64,000 bases of DNA from Candidatus Poribacteria bacterium (GTDB lineage Bacteria; Poribacteria; WGA-4E; WGA-3G), in assembly GCA_963663765.2 (NCBI GenBank), contig CAXXUA010000015.1, positions 512,303 through 576,302 of the forward strand, read 5' to 3'. The notes under the pieces were generated by a model that saw only the letters and a list, made by a program, of their open reading frames with translations, was not told the DNA's origin and made no database searches. Shown here one piece after another: positions 50,784-61,009 of this stretch. Each line of letters starts with the position of its first letter. Within the stretch, counting starts at the first letter, position 1. A program made the position numbers and the translations under genes.

Positions 50784-52255
50784 GGGTGTGTAAAGTTTTT
50801 ACACAGATGATTATGCGGCTTTTGTGTTTGGATTCCAGTATTTATCTCAACCACAATTTTTCAACAGACATCGCATTTTTAGCACAGCATTGATACCGGG
50901 TTCCTTCCATCTCATTGAAGCTTGTTTACATCTTTGTCCAACAACATGTTTACAAGCACTTTCAATCACACCATTTCCGAACTGATACCCTTTTTCTCTA
51001 AACGCTGAATACCGCATACGGTTCGCATGCTTTTCAAAATACTTCGCTTCTCTGTCTAAGATAGCAGCAACTTCCGGGTTATGTAGTCCTAAACCACGGA
51101 TGCGTGAGGCAACTTCTGGAATGTTGCCATCATAAAGGAAAGGTTCTGTCTCCTTTACCCAAGTTTCTATGGCTTCTGTTTCTGTCTCCCTATAGACAGC
51201 TTTCGCAACATTATACAAATGAGATGTGGTGTGCATGTAATCTACAATCTCTACAGCATTCGGAAAGTATTCTTTCGCAATGTTCCAAATCCACGCCGCA
51301 ACATCACCAATAAACACAACCTCTTGAGTATCTATATCTTCTTGATAGATACCACAACTTGTCGCTAACGCATATAACGCCTTACCAAAACGAGCCGCAT
51401 CATTACGACTTGCCACATAACCAATACTTGATGTTCTCGCGTGTGATATCGCATCAGGACTATTTGGTGGTCGTGGATAATCTCTGTAAACACATCCCGC
51501 TTTCACTTCTTTCCATCCATCAGGAGCGTTCGTATAACACCCATCACAACTCACATACCAACGCTGATTTTTCTCAAGCTTTTGTGTAGACACTTCTTCA
51601 GGGATATTCAAATCCGTAGACATCTTTCCCACGATTTGATGGAGTGTCGTCCGACTCACTTTTATCCCTTGGCGCAACAACTCGTCTGCTGCTTCCCGGA
51701 AGTCAAGACGCGCCGCAAGACGACACATCATCTCAGCAACACGATGCGTCCATTTACCTATCAACTCTTGTTTATCATCCCATATCACATGATAATGACC
51801 TGACGCACAACCATACACCCAACGCTCTACATCAATATCAACACAAAGCGTCGTAATACGAAGTTTTCTTTTATATCGTCGACGACATTCTTGATTACAT
51901 TCAGGACATGTTACAGGTTCACTCGGTTCTTCACATGCTTGATGAGAGATATATATCTCAAAAATCTTTTGACAGATAAGACTAAATCCCTCAAAGACAC
52001 GAGACTCTGCTTCTGACAATGATGTGTAAGGATCAGAAAATAATTCATTAGCAAACACACTTATTGCTGTTACAAAACTTTCACACGCTTCTTGATTTAC
52101 ATTGATTTTACTTCGATCTAATGTTATATTAATCATCGGTATCCTCTCGTAAAATTGAGTAAGATTATTAAGTTTATTTGGAAAGGATACCTTTTATCTA
52201 TATACCTCGCAACAACTAACCAAAAATAAGACTTGTGCAAAAACTTTACACACCC
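50784..52255 (-). mobile_element. ISKra4-family insertion sequence (degenerate)
   Basis: TIR GGGTGTGTAAAGTTTTT(A/G)CACA at both ends; no TSD visible. Confidence 0.88.
50811..52136 (-). pseudogene. ISKra4 transposase with a late nonsense codon
   Basis: SCDG, WKEVK, GD.A.WIW, VDYMH and IESACK motifs; TGA at 50847-50849 followed in frame by DKYWNPNTKAA*. Confidence 0.75.
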
Positions 52256-52586
52256 GAGACTACTCATTGCCAATAAAACTTTAAAATAGTATGCAGTAGA
52301 CAGGTCAATATTATACCGTATCGTTAAGTAATGTTGTGTTTGTTAGGTGGAGACGACATAAAATCAGACATGTGGAATTATACGTGAAGTTAATGTTTTC
52401 AAAAGATTTTAACATTTTCCAACATTCTTACAATGTTGTGTAATCGGGCTTATATGACGTTGTACACAGTTTTCGCTAATGACACAGACTTATACTGAAA
52501 ATCGACCTATCTCTTAAGATCCAAAACTGATAATTTTTAAAACTATTGGTATCCTTTGTAAAACAAAATCAGTTGTTCTCGCTATC

Positions 52587-55500
52587 TTATACTGTATCAC
52601 TGTTTTTCTGATCTGGAAGTGAATACACACCTCTCTGAACCTTTACAATCTCACCGTTATCTAAGAGGCGTTTGAGTTCATTTTTTATTGCTGTTGGATG
52701 TCCCTCAATGCCTTCCCTCAACTCTACTGTCTTTTTCTGACTATCGGCAAGTAAAGAAAAGATCTGATCTCTGATTGGAACTCGTAAGAGTTTACCACCC
52801 CTAAACTTTCGCAATACACGGTTAGCCGTACTTATAGAACATCCCAAGACCTGCTGAACTTTGTCTCTACCGGAGTCGGCGTTTAGGTTATCACGTTCTG
52901 TTTCATAATGTTCGCGTTTGGCTATTGTTTCAGCAAGTTTGTCTAACCCACCAGCAACCTCAAAATCTTCCCAGTCAAAAAGGAGTGTTTCAGGTCTATC
53001 GGTAATATCTGTGAGTGGGAAGCTTGTTACCAAGACAACCTTTTTATTCGGCATACGGGTCAAACCTGTAAGACCTATAATATTTTTAAGTCTAACGGTA
53101 ACGAGTGTTTGATATACACTCTGGACACGTTTGTCTTTATAGCGTATAGGTTCTGTTTCTCTTTCATAACAGAGAGGTTCCTCGTTATTCCCAAACAAAA
53201 TCTGCGCTCGCCGCCAAATGATACCGGGTGGCAAAGGAGGCGTGCCAACTATCCAAACGACTTGTGGTTCTTCAAAAGCAGTTTCCAAACCGTGTAACTG
53301 TTCAAAAGCTGTTATGAAACAGACGTTCTCAAGTTCCGAGATGTTTTCCAAGTGTTTAATTGCTAAATTATAAGTGATAATTGCATGCTTAACGCTTGGA
53401 TCACGTTCAATTTCTGATCGAATGTTGAGAAAAAAACGTTGTCCTATTTTAGACATTCTAATAACGTCCCAACTGTCGTAATAATCTAATATAGTTTCTA
53501 ATGGATAAGTGCCCGTGCGAATTTGGAAAACTTGATTTCCCTTGTTCCAGGCTGCTGGTTCAATGGGAACATAATCGATTTCTTCATCTGGAAATGCCCT
53601 ACGTACATTCTGTTCGGAAAGGATTGATGACATTAACAAAAGACGTTTGATGCTCGGATGCAGCACGGGTGGCACCCAGAACCATAACACATCAAAATGC
53701 ACTATCATCGGAGCATCCGCATCCGTTGTGTAGTATGATAAGTAATATTTTAATTGATGCCACAACGTCCAATGTGGATACTGACACACAGCGGGGAATT
53801 GCTGAATACTTTGGACGGATTCTGTGTTCAAGATACCTAATTGTATAGCTTTCGCCATCGGCATTGGGATGTTTATGTCTTTGTTAACCGCAAAAGTGTC
53901 AAGTTTGAAGTGTGGTAATCCTTTTGTCTCAAGTTTATACATGGCATTATTGTCCAATGGAATGTAAGCAGAAACACCACCTTCAAATTCAATGGAAAAC
54001 TGTGCTAATTCCTCTCCTGTTATGACATCAACATATCCGCGACTGATAATCTTACCTTGCATCTTCACTTGACACATCTGTTTAACAAGTTCTGCTTCGT
54101 GTCGTTGAAACGCCTGCACGGCTGTGCGAATCCGCCCGACTACATTTTCATTTGGGTTATTATTCATTTCTAACGCATGCAGTAGTGCTTGGGCAAATTG
54201 TCCTAATACATCTTCTTGCCAGTTGATACTCCATTCTTTTAATGTCTTTATTGGGATAAAACATTCAATAAAAAAACTATTGGGGTATACTTCATCTATA
54301 ATACAAAGCCGTTCTTTTCCATCATCTTGTTCAAGGAATTTTTCTACGATTTCTGTGTATTGTGGATCGAAAAACTGATAACGAGTTCCTGATATTTGTG
54401 CATTTACGTTGTTTAATCTGGCAGGTTGTGATAAATAGCCGCGTTCTTGGCATTCGGTATAGACGGGACATTTCGGACAGATAATTTCATCAGGATTTCC
54501 GCCTCTTTTCTCAAGTGCATCGCATCTTTCAAAATCCTCACAGACATTTCCGTGTTGGAAGGGGTTCGCCATTCGCGCCTCAACTGGTATATCTTTCACC
54601 TTGTTCCAGTTGTGTCTCCGCGCCCGCCAGCGTTCAATCGGTTGGATGTTTCGCTTTTGAAAGTGTCGGACGACTTCTTCAACTGTCCAGAACGCAGCAT
54701 TTAAACTAATGGCACTGCCGTTGAGAACATAAGACCCTGCTGAAAATGTTTTTCCCGCCCCTCTTTCGGCATTTAATACAGTAATACGCGCAGTGCTGTC
54801 ATAGACGCGTTGTATCCGAACTGTATTCTGTTCGAATGTGTCATAATTCTTTTTCTTTTGTTCCGGCTTTATCAGCACGGGTAATGGTCGTATTAATGCC
54901 AAGGGACTCAAATTGCCTTCACGGATAGCGTTCAGATTGTCGGATATCGGCAGAGCAGTAGTGGGTAAAATACCGGTATCATCCCAGATATCTGTAATAG
55001 CCACAGCATCTGTAGGTAACCCGATGTTAGGCGTTGATGCACGTACCCAAACGGTGTCTTCAGATTCCCATACAAATATGATGGCGTCGTCAGTTTTAGG
55101 GTCGTGTTGGCTCCAGCAATGATAACCGTTCTCTTGCTGAACATAAGTAAAACTGCGTTTCAAAAATGCCTCTTTTGCGAGATCAAGATTATATGAACCT
55201 AAGGATACCGGCGTAATAGTGGCAGGTATCGCGTTGACCTTTAGACTTTTTTCTTCAGATGGTTGCGGTTCATGAAGGGCATTCTGCAGAGTGTTGATAG
55301 GAGCAAAAAGCACCTCTTTTGTAATAATGGGTGGATTTAACAGATTTCCAAGCAGAATTTCGTAGCGGGAATCCCATCGGTTGTACCCCTCTTCCGCAAA
55401 GATTTCAAGATATCGCTCTCGTTGATTCGGATTTTCCGGGGTAGGTGTATGCTTATAGATATATTGCTTTGCATCTTCAGTTTTTGAATGTAAATAATTT

Positions 55501-55991
55501 AGAACCCTACAAGAAAAACGCAAACCACCGGATTTTGTCAATGTTAAGAGTGGATTTGCAACAGCGTTGACAAGTTTCTTAATACAGAGAAGAACAGTAT
55601 CAGGTGCAGTACATAGGGCATTGTATGAAAAATTGAGGTCGTGCCATTGTGCACCATCGCGCCCGGACGGTGTGCCAGTATACACCTGAATTCCCCATGA
55701 TGCATCCCAATGTCTAATCTCCCAATCTTCAATACCTTGGCGTTTTGTAAATCGTTCACCGTCAAAAGACCTTGGACCATAATCGTGTTGAGGGGCACGT
55801 CCTATCGGCATAAAGGAAATAGACGCTTGTTCCAAGTCATAGAGTCTCACAGGATATCTATGTCCGCAATAGACTGTGAAGTGATAAGGAAGACCCTTGT
55901 AGGGTGCGGGTGTGATGATTGTTTTCCGCTGTCTAAGCGGTTTCTTGTGCCGCTGATGACAACGTTCAATAATATTATCTAATGTATTCAT
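52587..55991 (-). CDS. Large hypothetical protein: primase-like N-terminus, P-loop helicase-like core, C-terminal HTH
   Basis: LTKSGGLRF; AERGAGKT; Cys cluster C..C..CPKC..C; CIIDE; wHTH-like tail. Confidence 0.6.
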   Translation of the reverse strand: MNTLDNIIERCHQRHKKPLRQRKTIITPAPYKGLPYHFTVYCGHRYPVRLYDLEQASISFMPIGRAPQHDYGPRSFDGERFTKRQGIEDWEIRHWDASWGIQVYTGTPSGRDGAQWHDLNFSYNALCTAPDTVLLCIKKLVNAVANPLLTLTKSGGLRFSCRVLNYLHSKTEDAKQYIYKHTPTPENPNQRERYLEIFAEEGYNRWDSRYEILLGNLLNPPIITKEVLFAPINTLQNALHEPQPSEEKSLKVNAIPATITPVSLGSYNLDLAKEAFLKRSFTYVQQENGYHCWSQHDPKTDDAIIFVWESEDTVWVRASTPNIGLPTDAVAITDIWDDTGILPTTALPISDNLNAIREGNLSPLALIRPLPVLIKPEQKKKNYDTFEQNTVRIQRVYDSTARITVLNAERGAGKTFSAGSYVLNGSAISLNAAFWTVEEVVRHFQKRNIQPIERWRARRHNWNKVKDIPVEARMANPFQHGNVCEDFERCDALEKRGGNPDEIICPKCPVYTECQERGYLSQPARLNNVNAQISGTRYQFFDPQYTEIVEKFLEQDDGKERLCIIDEVYPNSFFIECFIPIKTLKEWSINWQEDVLGQFAQALLHALEMNNNPNENVVGRIRTAVQAFQRHEAELVKQMCQVKMQGKIISRGYVDVITGEELAQFSIEFEGGVSAYIPLDNNAMYKLETKGLPHFKLDTFAVNKDINIPMPMAKAIQLGILNTESVQSIQQFPAVCQYPHWTLWHQLKYYLSYYTTDADAPMIVHFDVLWFWVPPVLHPSIKRLLLMSSILSEQNVRRAFPDEEIDYVPIEPAAWNKGNQVFQIRTGTYPLETILDYYDSWDVIRMSKIGQRFFLNIRSEIERDPSVKHAIITYNLAIKHLENISELENVCFITAFEQLHGLETAFEEPQVVWIVGTPPLPPGIIWRRAQILFGNNEEPLCYERETEPIRYKDKRVQSVYQTLVTVRLKNIIGLTGLTRMPNKKVVLVTSFPLTDITDRPETLLFDWEDFEVAGGLDKLAETIAKREHYETERDNLNADSGRDKVQQVLGCSISTANRVLRKFRGGKLLRVPIRDQIFSLLADSQKKTVELREGIEGHPTAIKNELKRLLDNGEIVKVQRGVYSLPDQKNSDTV

Positions 55992-56253
55992 CGGTTGAAA
56001 AAATAGTGGTATTAGACATCCTCAATTATTTCTAAGTGGTTCATTCGGCAATTAATTTTAGCATAAAATAAAAGTCCAATGCTGAAGAACCCAGTAGTCA
56101 TCTGTTTAAGTAGTAGATCATCAATGGAAACATATAATAACTACTTAGCAAGAAAACCACTAAGTATCGAACCTTGGATTTTAATGTAATACAAATGTTA
56201 GAAATTAATTATACATATTACCAAAAAAACCTGTTTTAGTCAAGGTCAGCTTT

Positions 56254-56778
56254 CAAGGTTATTTAGTTGAGGGGTGTGCATAAATAAATTTGATTCTAAA
56301 CTTATGTCGTAGGTCGGGTAGAACGCAGTGAAACCCGACACAATCGTATCAAGTCTTGTATGTCGGGTTTCGCAAACTCTACCCGACCTACAAAATCTTG
56401 TCCTTTTTGCGTCCTTTTTGCACTAAGAATGGTGCCCATCCACATGAAGAAGTTTGTGACGTGTGTCACCATCTATGTTGATCCAGCGATTATTTATGCA
56501 CACCCCTCATTTAGTTTTAAGTATTTCCAGACTAATAATTTACTGAAAGTTGACATCTAAGCCGTTAGGTGCGGTTTCCAAACCGAACCGTCTTTGTACC
56601 AATTACCTTCTTAGAGGTTCTCGCGTAGGATCCGGTTCGGTTAGGGGAAACCGCACCTAACGGCACTGAAGGACGCTAAATTGACACCCATGGTGCGTTT
56701 AGGAAACCGCACCTACCGGCTTGAGGAATTTAGCGTCCGTGAAATAACACAAGATAAACCCAAAACTAAATAACCTTG
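56254..56778. mobile_element. ISAs1-ended MITE with a nested GAGGGGTGTGCATAAATAA-ended MITE (56269-56508)
   Basis: Outer CAAGGTTATTTAGTT...AACTAAATAACCTTG; inner perfect TIR with 8-bp TSD ATTTAGTT. Confidence 0.85.
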
Positions 56779-57021
56779 TTAGACAGCACAGTGTAAAAAG
56801 GTTCACTGTGCCACGTCATGTCTGACATACAACAGTTGGCATAGAGAACCACCGCTACAATGAGATAGAAGACTTGCCGCTTGATACGCTCTGTGAGATG
56901 GACTGTATATCAAAATTGATACATCCGCTGACAATATAGTAATAAATAATCATAATATAATTAAATATGAATATATTATAACTTGACTTAATAGGACTAT
57001 TTAAATATAATTATTATATTT

Positions 57022-57234
57022 ACGACTTGTGCTAGTTAACATTCATTATGTCTATAATTCACATTTTTGTCTCATCGATGTTTGAATTCCTTTAATTTCA
57101 GGCGTATGTCGGTCTCAAATGTAGGAGTGAACTCCGATTCCAGACAATAATAAATCGCGATTCGGAAATCGTTGATACAGAATATAGACACTTGTGAAAA
57201 CCAACAAAACTATCAGATAAATAGCACAAGTCAT
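57022..57234. mobile_element. MITE with GACTTGTGCTA ends carrying a decayed REP doublet
   Basis: TIR GACTTGTGCTA/TAGCACAAGTC; TATATTT on both flanks; relatives at about 9679-9863 and 9985-10153. Confidence 0.7.
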
Positions 57235-57509
57235 TATATTTGACATTATCAAAACATAGTGAGTATTTCTTGAATACTCACTATCTCAATAGACTACATC
57301 ATTTATGAACTTTAGTAATGTTTGGCTTGCATGTTACCAGTTATGCAGATGTCGCATCAGTCAGTGAGCGCACTTCGGAAGTTCTGATGCAATCGTTGCG
57401 GCGATAAGTGGCGTATATTCTCCAGTTGAAAATAAAAATGTCTCTTGATTATGAAACAAAGTACTCATACTCAGTAACTTTAGGTGCGGTTTCCTAACAG
57501 TACTAATAG

Positions 57510-57882
57510 AGATGTATCATCAGCGTAGCCGAGCTGCCGATTAGGGTGGGAAAAACGCACAAGGAGAACACGTCGCAAGCGGCGTGTATTTCTACACATT
57601 CACAGCAAGGAAGGTCTCTGATACACGGAAGTTCTTAAAAGGAAAATAATAATGAAAAACATATTGTATTCAATCTTGATAACACTGACTATAACACTAA
57701 CCTTTACCACCAACACCCCCGCCCAAGACTACACAACAATAAGTCTACCCGAAGGCGCAAAAGCACGTCTCGGGAAAGGACGGATTACTGGGAATGTTGC
57801 CTATTCTCCCGATGGCAGCAAGTTGGCAGTGGCAAGCCGCATCGGTGTTTGGATCTACGATGCACAGACAGGTGAAGAATAG
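57510..57882 (+). pseudogene. Relic duplicate of the C-terminal-domain end plus WD40 gene start (60850-61240)
   Basis: 57652..57882 nearly identical to the N-terminus of the 61010 ORF, then stops; upstream sequence matches 60850-60986. Confidence 0.85.
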
Positions 57883-57986
57883 GTAGCAACTCAGGTTATA
57901 TATTGAAACGCGAGGACGAAATAAGAATTTAAGTAAGTATAAGTTGAATATCACACGGTTACTATACACTCTATAGGAGATATCCC

Positions 57987-60986
57987 ATGTTTATCAAAAA
58001 CTCTCTGGCTCACGGAAAGATGCGGCGAACCCTCAGTATCTCGCTAATTTCGTTTATCCTTTTTTGTGGTGCTGTTTCTCAAGGCATAACTTTTGACTTC
58101 AATTGGGAGATAGATGAGACCCCAGAAGGCAGTGAAAGTGCAACTGTCATTGAACTTGTCCAAGTGATCATGTTAGATGAAGTCATACAAGTACCATCAC
58201 ACAGCGCGTCTTTACGGTTGATGCAGAAGTATTCTGTCTATCTCGGTGCTGAATGGGATGCAGGACAGGCATACAGGTTGCTAAAGACATTTGAAACAAT
58301 ACCGCAGGATGTGAACAACCCTTACAAAGAGAACCACGAAGTGCCTGCTACCTTGTGGCGGTTGACAGATAATCATATTCAAGATGACATCACGGTCGAA
58401 TATATAAATAGACAAACAATTGTAACGATTGCGGCGGAAGCGTTTACGCATGCTGATCCGCTTTTAGCAGAAATTGATGGCGTGCGTGGCAGGTACTTCT
58501 CCAAACGACTGCATCAGGCTGTCGTTCGGTTTGTAACCGATAACGGTGTTGATAAAGAGGCACTTGAACGGATATTGCAGGAACGTTACGCAGTCAGCTT
58601 AAACGTTCCGGACTATACCGAACTGACGAGTAACACAACAGGTGAACATGCGGCAAGGTTCACAACATTTAAAAACGAAGAACTTATTGCAATTACAACG
58701 ATGTTTGAAGAATATCCACAAGGCATGCATAAAATAGTAGGACTAAAATATCTGGTTAGACGTTTAGATGGCACACCACATCCCCTTTATCCGAGTGCAC
58801 CTGCAGTTGCGTGGACGACAAGCGGTTATATTGAATTCATGGAATCTGCTTTTCAGGCACAAGGCTCGGATTATATCAATCGGTTGATTCTTCACGAAAA
58901 GGCACACTTTTTGTGGGAACACCTTTTTGATGACCAACTCATACAGGATTGGATTGAACTCGGGGGATGGTATGAAAATCCGGATGATACAGATGGATGG
59001 TCAACCACGAAGCAGCACGAGTTTGTATCTGCTTATGCTCACGGGAAGAACCCGAACGAAGATATGGCGGAGTCCATTAGTTTTTACATCGTTAATCCGG
59101 ATAAACTCCGCTCGCGGGCACCCGCAAAATATCAATTCATCCAAGACAGGGTTATGCACGGCACCCGATATATCTCAAAAATTCGTGAAGATTTAACGTT
59201 TGAGGTCTACAATCTGTATCCAGATGTTGTGTATCCTGGACGGATTATCAGGGTGGATATACAGGTGAATGGCGAACCGATGGAGGATAAACAGGTTGTG
59301 ATAGAACTTGAAATTCATAAGACAGGTGATCTTGACACCGCTCAAGGGTCTCAGGTCAGAATTTTAAGTCCAACAGGTACCTTCTTTGATCTCTGGCTAT
59401 TTCCAATCGGTTCCGATGGTGAATCTGAGATAGGTGCGTCTCATCTTCTACGAGGTGAAATTACTATTTCGCGCTTTGCAGCAGGCGGGTATTGGGCACC
59501 GGACGCTATTACGCTCACAGATGCACAAGGCAATGAACGCCACGAATCACAAGTCGATTATGGATGGAAACTCTATATGAACAACCCATTGGCTGACAAA
59601 GAAGCACCGACTTACGTCAAAAACTCAATGAAACTCTCTTTGTTAGAAGGTATAGAAGATGGGAGACGCTACCACATTCTTACTACGCGTTGGCAGATTC
59701 GAGAAGATAATGAGGTAACAAACATCTATGCACAAGCAAACGATGTAAACGATGAAACCTACTCCCGTAGTACAGAGAAATATGGGACATACAATAAGGA
59801 AACCGGTGAAGCGACTGTTGAACTCGTAATTCCTGATTACTATCAGACTGGGACCTATGCGGTTAATTATATTAGTATGGCAGATATAGGATTAAACCAG
59901 CGCGGAGTTTACTTCACCAAATCAAGAGGTGTTTTAAGAGAGGAAGAGGAGATCATTGATGAGCTACCTGCCACTATTGAGGTAGATACAATAAACCCTG
60001 ATAGCACACCGCCAGTGCTGGATTTGAACCGGATTACTGTAGTGGCTGTGCCGACAAATCCTGATGAACCGAATGGCGAAACACAAGTAGATATTACTTT
60101 TAGAGTCAAAGACAATATTAGTGGATATTCAGCAACAGAGATCTATTTGCGTGATCCGCACGGTGTGACGCACTTCTTTAGACATTACCATGATGAATTT
60201 CACAAAATCTATTTTTCAGACAACCCGACTGTCTATGCTACATACCACAAAACGATTATCTTACCTGTTGGCAGTATCCCGGGGACATGGGGAATTGCAC
60301 AAATGACTGTTACGGATAAGGCACAAAATAATCTTCTTGCGGACTTTACCGAAATCGTCCGTTTTGAGATAGAAAGCACCGAGACCTACAGCCAATCTGA
60401 TGTAAACAGGGATGGTGTGGTTAACATTCTTGATCTGATACTCGTTGTCAAAGCGTTCGGAGCGTATGATGAGAAAGCGGATGTAAATGGTGATGGCGTA
60501 ATCAATATCTTAGATTTAGTGCAAGTCGCCAGCAATTTTGGAGATGAAGTCGCTTCTGCACCGTCTGCTCTCAATCTAACTGCTGACCAAATCCAAAGTT
60601 TGTTGATACAAGCAGTGCAAGTAGACGATGGTAGTCCTGTCTTTCGTCGAGGTGTTAGTGTGCTACAAAACCTCTTACATTCGCTTCGTCCAAAAACAAC
60701 TGCGTTGTTGCTAAACTATCCAAATCCATTCAACCCAGAAACCTGGATACCGTACCAACTCGCAACACCCGCTGATGTTAGCATTTCAATCTATGCAACG
60801 GATGGCACGTTAGTGCGAATGTTAGATTTAGGGCATCAACCAATTGGGGTGTATCATCAGCGTAGCCGTGCTGCGCATTGGAATGGCAGGAACGCACAGG
60901 GTGAGCCTGTGGCGAGTGGCGTGTATTTCTATACATTATCAGCAGGGAAGGTCTCTGCTACTCGCAAAATGTTAATACGCAAATAG
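57987..60986 (+). CDS. Secreted zinc-metallopeptidase-like protein with dockerin-like repeats and FlgD/T9SS-like C-terminal domain
   Basis: HEKAH...NPNEDMAES; two DVN.DGV.NILDL repeats; NYPNPFNPETWIPYQL...SGVYFY..RKMLIRK. Confidence 0.85.
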   Translation: MFIKNSLAHGKMRRTLSISLISFILFCGAVSQGITFDFNWEIDETPEGSESATVIELVQVIMLDEVIQVPSHSASLRLMQKYSVYLGAEWDAGQAYRLLKTFETIPQDVNNPYKENHEVPATLWRLTDNHIQDDITVEYINRQTIVTIAAEAFTHADPLLAEIDGVRGRYFSKRLHQAVVRFVTDNGVDKEALERILQERYAVSLNVPDYTELTSNTTGEHAARFTTFKNEELIAITTMFEEYPQGMHKIVGLKYLVRRLDGTPHPLYPSAPAVAWTTSGYIEFMESAFQAQGSDYINRLILHEKAHFLWEHLFDDQLIQDWIELGGWYENPDDTDGWSTTKQHEFVSAYAHGKNPNEDMAESISFYIVNPDKLRSRAPAKYQFIQDRVMHGTRYISKIREDLTFEVYNLYPDVVYPGRIIRVDIQVNGEPMEDKQVVIELEIHKTGDLDTAQGSQVRILSPTGTFFDLWLFPIGSDGESEIGASHLLRGEITISRFAAGGYWAPDAITLTDAQGNERHESQVDYGWKLYMNNPLADKEAPTYVKNSMKLSLLEGIEDGRRYHILTTRWQIREDNEVTNIYAQANDVNDETYSRSTEKYGTYNKETGEATVELVIPDYYQTGTYAVNYISMADIGLNQRGVYFTKSRGVLREEEEIIDELPATIEVDTINPDSTPPVLDLNRITVVAVPTNPDEPNGETQVDITFRVKDNISGYSATEIYLRDPHGVTHFFRHYHDEFHKIYFSDNPTVYATYHKTIILPVGSIPGTWGIAQMTVTDKAQNNLLADFTEIVRFEIESTETYSQSDVNRDGVVNILDLILVVKAFGAYDEKADVNGDGVINILDLVQVASNFGDEVASAPSALNLTADQIQSLLIQAVQVDDGSPVFRRGVSVLQNLLHSLRPKTTALLLNYPNPFNPETWIPYQLATPADVSISIYATDGTLVRMLDLGHQPIGVYHQRSRAAHWNGRNAQGEPVASGVYFYTLSAGKVSATRKMLIRK

Positions 60987-61009
60987 CAGTCAACATAAGG
61001 AGAATAATA

